Below, piece after piece: positions 23,204 to 30,218 of a DNA stretch of 32,000 bases (the stretch's first letter is position 1; every line of letters starts with the position of its first letter). The DNA is taken from contig JAPLKZ010000011.1 in the NCBI GenBank assembly GCA_026387835.1, forward strand, positions 54,082 through 86,081. Direction: 5' to 3'. The DNA is from Candidatus Saganbacteria bacterium (GTDB lineage Bacteria; Margulisbacteria; WOR-1; JAKLHX01). The position numbers were made by a program, and so were the translations under genes. The notes beneath the pieces were generated by a model. The model did not search any database. It was given only the letters and a program-made list of their open reading frames with translations, and was not told the DNA's origin.

Positions 23204-25300
23204 ATGAATGTCTATATTATCCCGCCATTAATTAGCTCTTTACTTTTTGCGATTATTGGACTATTTGTTTTACGGAATAATGCCAAATCAAAGATAAATG
23301 TCGCATTTTTTCTGGCTTGTTTATCCACTTTTTGGTGGCAATTCTCATGGGTATTCCTCTTCTCTACTTCAAATGAACAATTAGCTTCGATACTGGTGAG
23401 ATTGGGCTATTCAGGAATAATCCTAATTCCCATCACTTTGTATCATTTTTTTGTGGAGTTCATTAAAGCAGATAATGAAAAAAAATACGTTAAATTATCG
23501 TATCTGATCGGTATAATATTCCTTTATTTTAATTGGTTTACAAATTATTTTATTCAGGGCTATTATGTTTATTTCTGGGGATTTTATCCAAAAGCGAATT
23601 ATCTGCATCTGGTTTATCTATTAATGTTGACAATATTAGACTTAAGGGCAATATATTTACTTTACAAGAAAATGATTACAGAACAAATTAGTTCAATAAA
23701 GAGAGAGCAGATAAAATACGTGCTTTTATCCTTGATTTTCTACACGTTTGCAGCCTCAGATTTTCTAGTGAACTATGGCGTAGAATATTATCCTTTTGGT
23801 TTTATTCCAATACTTTTTACATTTGCAACGATTTCCTATGCCATCACCCGCTACCGCCTCATGGATATCAACGTCATCATACGCAAAGGTCTGATCTTTT
23901 CCGCGATAACATTGGTTTTCTCCGTGCTTTACATGTCGATCATCTACGGTTCCGAATACCTGCTTAAGCCGATAGTCCCGTTCAATATAATGTGGATCAC
24001 GCTTCCCGCGATATTCGTCCTCGCGCTGTTCTTCCAGCCGATCAGCGAAAAGGTCCAGGGATTCATAGAGAGAAATATTTTTAGAAAGCAGTATTTGGCC
24101 GATAGGATAGCTAAAAAATTCTCTAACGGCATAAAGGAGCTGATGAACATAGATGACCTGGCGACATTTATCACAAGGGCCGCGGTAAAAGTATTTAAAC
24201 TGAAAGGCTCCGCAATATTTGTCATCAGTGAAAAAGACGGGAAATACCTGTGCCTCGATTCAAGAGGCTCTTTTGGCAGATACAAAGGCTCATTCTTTCC
24301 GGCTGAGGCCATAATTATTGCGGAAATGCGATCGTCGAAAAAAGCGATCGTGAAAGAAGAAATAAGGCTTAAGATGGAACAGGCAACAGGCAGTGAAAAA
24401 GGCCATTACAAGAGGATAATGGAGAGGTTTGAGGAACTCGATTCCTTCATCCTGGTCCCTAGCATATCCTCCAAAAGAGGCGGAGAGGTGGTAGGTTTTC
24501 TGATCGGCGGAGAAAAGGAGAGCGGCGACATGTTCTCGGCGGAGGATATCTCGCTCCTAGAGACATTTTCAAGTCAGGCTTCCGTCAGCATCGAGAACGC
24601 GCTCATGTACCAGGCGCAGGTGGATGAGATAGAGCAGTCGATCAAAAAAGGAAGGATGTCGGAGCTTGGCTCGACAGCGGCGGGCGTCGCGCACGAAGCG
24701 AAGAACGCGCTTAACTATATCAACCTGTTCGCGCAGGTGCTTCACCTCAAAAAGGATGATAAAGAATTCTTGAAGAGCGCATCGCAAAGCTTTGAGTCAG
24801 AGACAGAGAGGATGAGGATACTGATGGAAGGAGTTGTTGACTATTCAAACCCGACGGCAATAGAGATAAAAGAAGAGAGTTTAAAGAAGATCATAGATGA
24901 AACTGTAATCCTCGTGAGGGACCACGCGAAGGGAAAGAATATCGCGATAGAAATAAATGTCGATGAAAATGCGACGATAAAAGTAGACCGGAACAGCATA
25001 AAACAGGTATTCCTGAACCTCTTCCTAAACGCGCTTGATGCGATGCAGAAGGATGGCAAGCTGGCGGTAAAGGCAGAAACCGGGGCCGAACAATTATTTA
25101 TAAGCATCTCCGATACCGGCTGCGGCATACCCGAAGCAAAGCTCCAAAAGATATTTGAGCCCTTCTTTACCACGAAAGAGCAGGGCACAGGCCTCGGTCT
25201 TGCTATCGTGAAGAAGGCGGTTGAAGCTAATAGGGGGCAATTATCTGTTGAAAGCAGGGTGGGGGCGGGGACAACGTTCAAATTGGCGTTCGCATTATAG
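23204..25300 (+). CDS. Membrane sensor histidine kinase: N-terminal ~7TM domain, GAF-like domain, HisKA, HATPase_c
   Basis: 698 aa. About seven hydrophobic spans in the first ~290 aa. GAF-like region: LATFITRAAVKVFKLKGSAIFV...VGFLIGGEKESGDMFSAEDISLLETFSSQASVSIENALMYQ. H-box: AAGVAHEAKNALNYI (His codon 24692-24694). N-box: FLNLFLNALDAM. G1: DTGCGI. F-box: FEPFFTTK. G2: GTGLGLAIV. Confidence 0.85.
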   Translation: MNVYIIPPLISSLLFAIIGLFVLRNNAKSKINVAFFLACLSTFWWQFSWVFLFSTSNEQLASILVRLGYSGIILIPITLYHFFVEFIKADNEKKYVKLSYLIGIIFLYFNWFTNYFIQGYYVYFWGFYPKANYLHLVYLLMLTILDLRAIYLLYKKMITEQISSIKREQIKYVLLSLIFYTFAASDFLVNYGVEYYPFGFIPILFTFATISYAITRYRLMDINVIIRKGLIFSAITLVFSVLYMSIIYGSEYLLKPIVPFNIMWITLPAIFVLALFFQPISEKVQGFIERNIFRKQYLADRIAKKFSNGIKELMNIDDLATFITRAAVKVFKLKGSAIFVISEKDGKYLCLDSRGSFGRYKGSFFPAEAIIIAEMRSSKKAIVKEEIRLKMEQATGSEKGHYKRIMERFEELDSFILVPSISSKRGGEVVGFLIGGEKESGDMFSAEDISLLETFSSQASVSIENALMYQAQVDEIEQSIKKGRMSELGSTAAGVAHEAKNALNYINLFAQVLHLKKDDKEFLKSASQSFESETERMRILMEGVVDYSNPTAIEIKEESLKKIIDETVILVRDHAKGKNIAIEINVDENATIKVDRNSIKQVFLNLFLNALDAMQKDGKLAVKAETGAEQLFISISDTGCGIPEAKLQKIFEPFFTTKEQGTGLGLAIVKKAVEANRGQLSVESRVGAGTTFKLAFAL

Positions 25301-25324
25301 TGTTTCCTTGCCTCATAAAAATAT

Positions 25325-25353
25325 TAGACAACATTCTATATATATGATAAACT
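25325..25353 (+). promoter_or_regulatory. Promoter of the AONS-small ORF-HK2 unit, paralogous to the one at 22673
   Basis: TAGACA (25325-25330), a 17-nt spacer containing (TA)4, then TGaTAAACT (-10 at 25348-25353). ATG 25368 lies 14 nt after the -10 box and no SD is visible. Confidence 0.45.
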
Positions 25354-25367
25354 TACTCTAAAATAAA

Positions 25368-26684
25368 ATGGCGATGAACGAAAATATTTTAGATAAACAA
25401 GTTTCAGAGTTGATCAATGAATCAGAAAATATTCAGGTCGGCAAGCTAATACGGTCTTTAAAAGGGAAAAATGTCGGCGAACTGAATAAAAAAGCAATAA
25501 TTACTTACCTGGTGATCTCCGCTCAAAACAATCTCGGAATATTTCCTTATAATAGATACATGAAACAAGGGAATAAAATATATTCAAAAATAATATCACC
25601 GGACGATAAAAAGGAAGTCGATTGCATTGTCTGGTGCAGCAATCACTACTTGGGGCTAAACAAAAATCAGAAAATAATAGATTATGCGGCAGAAGTTTTA
25701 AGTAGTAATGGAACGGGGTGCGGAACTTCAGCCGTGTCCGGAGGATTTAGTGAAATACATAAGAAGTTGGAAGAAGACTTAGCAAATATAGAAGGAAAAC
25801 CGGAGTCAGTTCTTTTTTCAACGGGGTATACAACAAACCTCGGAGCAATAAGCGCTCTTGCCGATAAAAATGATCTGTTGATAATTGACAGGGAAAGCCA
25901 TGCAAGCATAATTGATGCCGTAACAATGTCAGGGGCTGATTTCAGGGTGTTCAAGCATAATGATATAAACTATCTGGAAGACATACTGAAAAAAACAGAC
26001 AGAAATAAATATAAAAATATATTTATCTTGACGGAATCAGTTTTCAGTATGAGCGGCGACGAAGCTCCTTTGAAAGAATACATTAAACTGAAAAAGAAGC
26101 ATGGATTTTATTTGTATGTTGATGAAGCGCACGCATTTGGGTTTTACGGCCAAAAGGGTGCTGGCCTATGTGAGCATTTAGGATGTGGAGACGATACGGA
26201 ATTTATTATGTCCACATTGAGCAAGGCAACAGCTTCGATAGGCGGATTTGTGGCAACGGAAAAATATTATTGTTCATACATTAGATTTAACTCCAACCCA
26301 TATTTATTCCAAGCCAGCATTCCTCCGGTCGATGCGGCGGTGTCAATTGCGGCATTAAAATTGATCAGAGAAGACAAGACGCTGGCGAAGAAACTTTGGG
26401 AAAATACAAAAAAGTTTAGGGAAATGGTTAAAAAATCCGGATTCAATGTTGGGAATAGCAAAAGCCCTATTGTCCCGGTTTATGTATCTGACGAATCAAA
26501 ATTATCACGATTATGCAAGGAACTTTTTAGCAATGGAATATTTACAAATTGGGTTTCATACCCGGTAGTTTCAAAAAAGCAGGGACGGTTAAGATTTGTG
26601 GTGACAGCTTCCCATACTAACGAGCATATAGAAAAAACAGTGCAAATATTAACGAAGCTTGGCAGGGATATCGGGATAATATAG
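25368..26684 (+). CDS. PLP-dependent alpha-oxoamine synthase family acyltransferase (BioF/Kbl/SPT/CqsA family)
   Basis: 438 aa. Blocks: VWCSNHYLGL, FSTGYTTNLGAISAL, IIDRESHASIIDA, ESVFSMSGDEAPL, LYVDEAHAFGFYG and the PLP-Lys block STLSKATASIGGFV. About 85 residues precede the SN.YLGL block, which is longer than in BioF/Kbl as I recall and closer to serine palmitoyltransferase. Confidence 0.8.
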   Translation: MAMNENILDKQVSELINESENIQVGKLIRSLKGKNVGELNKKAIITYLVISAQNNLGIFPYNRYMKQGNKIYSKIISPDDKKEVDCIVWCSNHYLGLNKNQKIIDYAAEVLSSNGTGCGTSAVSGGFSEIHKKLEEDLANIEGKPESVLFSTGYTTNLGAISALADKNDLLIIDRESHASIIDAVTMSGADFRVFKHNDINYLEDILKKTDRNKYKNIFILTESVFSMSGDEAPLKEYIKLKKKHGFYLYVDEAHAFGFYGQKGAGLCEHLGCGDDTEFIMSTLSKATASIGGFVATEKYYCSYIRFNSNPYLFQASIPPVDAAVSIAALKLIREDKTLAKKLWENTKKFREMVKKSGFNVGNSKSPIVPVYVSDESKLSRLCKELFSNGIFTNWVSYPVVSKKQGRLRFVVTASHTNEHIEKTVQILTKLGRDIGII

Positions 26685-26686
26685 AT

Positions 26687-26833
26687 ATGGAGATCAAAAA
26701 AGAAGAGCTGATCAAAATCGCAAAAGAAAAGGGAATTCCAGAAACAATAAAAATGCTGGCGGAAAATAAGATCACTATAAATATCACGATCAAGGAAATG
26801 CTCGATTGTTTTTTAACAAACGCAAATAAATGA
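26687..26833 (+). CDS. Small ORF (48 codons), hypothetical, translationally coupled between the AONS gene and HK2
   Basis: Absent from the ORF track (too short). The ATG lies 2 nt after the AONS TAG, and the TGA overlaps the HK2 ATG (ATGA at 26830-26833). Product: MEIKKEELIKIAKEKGIPETIKMLAENKITINITIKEMLDCFLTNANK. The tight coupling is the only evidence for coding. Confidence 0.4.
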   Translation: MEIKKEELIKIAKEKGIPETIKMLAENKITINITIKEMLDCFLTNANK

Positions 26834-28947
26834 TAAAACTGATCGTTTTTATCAGCCAGATATCCCCTGTAATTGCTTCGGTGATCTGCATAATGCTGGG
26901 TTTGAGCGTTTATCTTTATAACAGCAGACTGAAAAGGAACAGGCTTTTCCTTATATTCAGCTTAATATTATCTATTTGGGCATTCTCCTGTTTTATGCAA
27001 AGTTACACGCACAGCTTTATGCTTGCACAATATTATGATATTGTGCTGTACTGCGCAGCGGTGTTTGCGCCAACAATATTTTTTCATCTTTCGGGTGAGT
27101 TCACAAAGATCAAAAGGAAGGGTTTGACAATAATATGCTACCTGGCAAGCATAACATTATTTTTTATGAACTTTTCCCCGGTATTCAGGTTCGGCGTGGT
27201 TTATTTGCAAGGCAACAGATTTGTCACCGTTCCTTCAATTGGCTGGTATATATATCTCGTGTTTTTTACTTCTATAGTAGGGGTTGCCCTTTACGATCTA
27301 TACGATTTAATAAGAAGATCTTTTGGGCAGATAAAACTACAAGCCTATTATTTGTTGATTTCTTTCGGCTTTTTGATTATTGGAGGCAGTAGTTATTTTG
27401 CTTTGATAATGTTCAAGATCAGATATCCTGCAGATGCAATATTTAATTTAATATCTTCGACAGCACTTTCCTTCTATGAAATAACAATAGCTTATGCAAT
27501 CACGCGGTATAGATTAATGGAGATCGAAGTAATAATAAGGAAAACGTTATTATATTCATCTCTCACTGCCGTCATTTCCGCCGTCTATTTTTCGCTGATC
27601 TATATCTCCGACTTCTTTTTTAAGACACTGACAGGTTACAACTTTATGTGGGTGACGATCCCATCACTGTTCGTGCTCGCCATCTTCTTTCAGCCGTTGA
27701 AGAACTACCTGCAGCAGAGGATTGACAAAACTTTTTTCAAAACTAGGTATGAGGCCGATAAAATAAGGGTCAAATTCTCGGACGGCATAAACAAGCTGAT
27801 GAAGGTGGAAGACCTTGCCGAGTATATAAACAGGGCGGCATACAAAATATTCAAGTTGAGTGGGTGCGCGACGTATATTTTTGATGAGGACCAGAGAAAA
27901 TATATCTGCTATGACGCGAGAGGGACTATGGCAGAGCAAAAAACAAAGACATTTTCGGATAACGACCCGCTGATCCTAGAGATCAAAAAAAGCCGGAAAG
28001 TGGTATTGAGGGACGAGCAAAAAGCGATGATGCAGCAGGAAGGGAATAATACCTCCAGGGTGCTTTACGAGGAGATGAAGAACATGAACGCGAGGATCTG
28101 CGTGTCCAGTCTTTCAAGAAAAAAAGATTACAGGCTGATCGCGTTCCTTATCGCCGACGAAAAAAAGTCCCAGGACCAGTTCACTTCGGAAGACATATTA
28201 TTGCTGGAGACAATAGCCAGCCAGGCGGTCCTCAATATCGAGAACGCGGTGCTTTACCAGGCGATGATAGAGGCTAAAAAAAGGAAACTGCAGATCGAAC
28301 GGCTATCGGACCTCGGGGCCGCGGCAGCGAATGTCGCGCGCGAAGCAAGAGCCGCTCTCGCGCCTATAATAAGCTTCAGCAGGCAGTTCGCGCGCAGGTG
28401 GGATGATCCCGGGTTCTTAAATAACGCCCAGGAATACCTTCCGTTCGAAGTCGAACGTCTCCGGCTGATCCTGACGGGGATCCTGGAATACTCAAGGGAA
28501 TTCAAGTACGGTCTTGAGAGGATAAATCTTAAAGATACCGTCGGCAGCATGCTCGGTATAATAAAATTCGAAGCAAGGAACAAGAATATAACTCTTGAGG
28601 AAGACATAAACGATGACATCGAGATCAACGCGGACAAGGACAGGATCAGGCATGTCATGCTGAACCTGTTTATTAATTCGATGGAAGCCATGCCGTACGG
28701 CGGTAAAATTTCTGTTTCAGGAAAAAAAGAGGAAGGGAAAGTCGTCGTCAGGGTCTCCGATACGGGCTCAGGCATCCATCATAATACGATCGATAAAATA
28801 TTCGATCCCTTCTACACCACCAAAAAGAACGCGATAGGACTGGGCCTTGCCATAGTCAGGAAAGTGATCGAGGGACACGGCGGCGCGGTAAGAGCTGAAA
28901 GCAGATCGGGGCAGGGAACAGATATTATAATAACGTTGCCGCAGTGA
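26830..28947 (+). CDS. Paralog of HK1 (7TM-GAF-DHp-HATPase_c) with a degenerate H-box (Arg in place of the phospho-acceptor His)
   Basis: 705 aa and collinear with HK1: YAITRYRLMEIEVIIRK, FFQPL, LAEYINRAAYKIFKLSGCATYIF, LLLETIASQAVLNIENAVLYQ. The H-box position reads AANVAREARAALAPI (CGC at 28339-28341). The ATP-binding motifs are intact: MLNLFINSMEAM, DTGSGI, FDPFYTTK and GLGLAIVRKVIEGHGG. Confidence 0.85.
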   Translation: MIKLIVFISQISPVIASVICIMLGLSVYLYNSRLKRNRLFLIFSLILSIWAFSCFMQSYTHSFMLAQYYDIVLYCAAVFAPTIFFHLSGEFTKIKRKGLTIICYLASITLFFMNFSPVFRFGVVYLQGNRFVTVPSIGWYIYLVFFTSIVGVALYDLYDLIRRSFGQIKLQAYYLLISFGFLIIGGSSYFALIMFKIRYPADAIFNLISSTALSFYEITIAYAITRYRLMEIEVIIRKTLLYSSLTAVISAVYFSLIYISDFFFKTLTGYNFMWVTIPSLFVLAIFFQPLKNYLQQRIDKTFFKTRYEADKIRVKFSDGINKLMKVEDLAEYINRAAYKIFKLSGCATYIFDEDQRKYICYDARGTMAEQKTKTFSDNDPLILEIKKSRKVVLRDEQKAMMQQEGNNTSRVLYEEMKNMNARICVSSLSRKKDYRLIAFLIADEKKSQDQFTSEDILLLETIASQAVLNIENAVLYQAMIEAKKRKLQIERLSDLGAAAANVAREARAALAPIISFSRQFARRWDDPGFLNNAQEYLPFEVERLRLILTGILEYSREFKYGLERINLKDTVGSMLGIIKFEARNKNITLEEDINDDIEINADKDRIRHVMLNLFINSMEAMPYGGKISVSGKKEEGKVVVRVSDTGSGIHHNTIDKIFDPFYTTKKNAIGLGLAIVRKVIEGHGGAVRAESRSGQGTDIIITLPQ

Positions 28948-30195
28948 TCAGCCGTTGAACTTCCTGGCTATAAGTATCGCATTATGACCGCCGAAACCGA
29001 ATGAATTGCTCATAATAACATTTACCTTCATCTCTCGTCCTTTGTTCGGGACATAATCAAGATCACATTCGGGATCGGGGACACTGTAGTTGATCGTCGG
29101 GTGGACAAAACTATGTTTTATCGAAAGCACGCTGGCCGCGAACTCAACCGCGCCGGCTGCTCCCAGAAGATGCCCGACCATGGATTTTGTTGAACTTATC
29201 GCCACCTTCCTGGCATGGTCCCCGAAGACATCCTTTATCGCGAGCGTCTCTATCTTGTCGTTCATCTGGGTGGAAGTGCCGTGGGCGTTGATATAATCGA
29301 TCTTGTCGGGGCTCAGGCGCGCGCTCTTAAGGGCGGCTTTCATCGCCCTGATGGCGCCGTTGCCGTCGGCAGCAGGCGCTGTCATGTGATAGGCGTCGCC
29401 GCTCATCCCGTAGCCGATGACCTCGGCGTATATCGTCGCCCCTCTTTTTTTCGCGTGTTCAAGTTCTTCAAGTATTACAATGCCGGAGCCTTCCCCCATT
29501 ACAAAACCGTCGCGTTCTTTATCGAAAGGCCGCGATGCTGTTTCGGGAGAGTCATTTCTGCACGAGAGCGCCTGGGCAGCGCAAAAACCCGCGATACCGA
29601 GAGGGGTTATAGATGCTTCAGTGCCGCCTGATATCATGGCGGCCGCTTCACCTCTTCTGATGATCTCATAAGCGTCGCCTATCGCGTTCGTCCCGGAAGC
29701 GCAGGCCGTGGTCACGCACGAGTTAGGCCCTTTTGCTCCCGTATTAACGGACACCATTCCTGCCGCCATGTCGTTTATCATAAGCGGTACCATAAAAGGG
29801 GATGTCTTTCCCGGGCCTTTTTCTTTTAATATATGCGCTTGTTCTTCAAGGAACTGGATCCCGCCGATCCCTGAGCCGATAATGACCCCGATCGAAGGAG
29901 CGGTATCGGGATTTATCTCAAGGTTAGCATCTTTCAGCGCCATCTGCGAAGCGGCGACCGCGAACTGGATGAACCTGACCAGCCGCCTTGCTTCTTTTTT
30001 GTCAAGATAGGCTGACGGGTCAAAACCCTTCAGTTCGCCGGCGATTTGGCAGTCAAAGGCCGCGGGATCAAAATGAGTTATACGCCTTATGCCGCTGGTC
30101 CCCGCTTTTAAAGCTTCCCAGAAAGCGTCTTTACCGAGCCCGACGGGTGTCACGGCTCCGATGCCGGTCACTACTACTTTTTTTTGATCGCTCAT
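28948..30195 (-). CDS. fabF: 3-oxoacyl-ACP synthase II
   Basis: 415 aa with SD aggagg. N-terminus: KKVVVTGIGAVTPVG. Active-site Cys in TTACASGTNAIG, and the two His in NAHGTSTQMND and KSMVGHLLGAAG. C-terminus: SNSFGFGGHNA. Confidence 0.92.
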   Translation of the reverse strand: MSDQKKVVVTGIGAVTPVGLGKDAFWEALKAGTSGIRRITHFDPAAFDCQIAGELKGFDPSAYLDKKEARRLVRFIQFAVAASQMALKDANLEINPDTAPSIGVIIGSGIGGIQFLEEQAHILKEKGPGKTSPFMVPLMINDMAAGMVSVNTGAKGPNSCVTTACASGTNAIGDAYEIIRRGEAAAMISGGTEASITPLGIAGFCAAQALSCRNDSPETASRPFDKERDGFVMGEGSGIVILEELEHAKKRGATIYAEVIGYGMSGDAYHMTAPAADGNGAIRAMKAALKSARLSPDKIDYINAHGTSTQMNDKIETLAIKDVFGDHARKVAISSTKSMVGHLLGAAGAVEFAASVLSIKHSFVHPTINYSVPDPECDLDYVPNKGREMKVNVIMSNSFGFGGHNAILIARKFNG

Positions 30196-30218
30196 CCTTT
30201 GTTATCCTCCTGAGAAGG

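Noticed and set aside
28945-28950. The HK2 and fabF stop codons abut with no intergenic base (TGATCA)
   Set aside because: This was noted as a curiosity of genome compaction. There is no hairpin or other structure, and convergent transcripts would simply read into each other. Nothing further can be inferred from the sequence.
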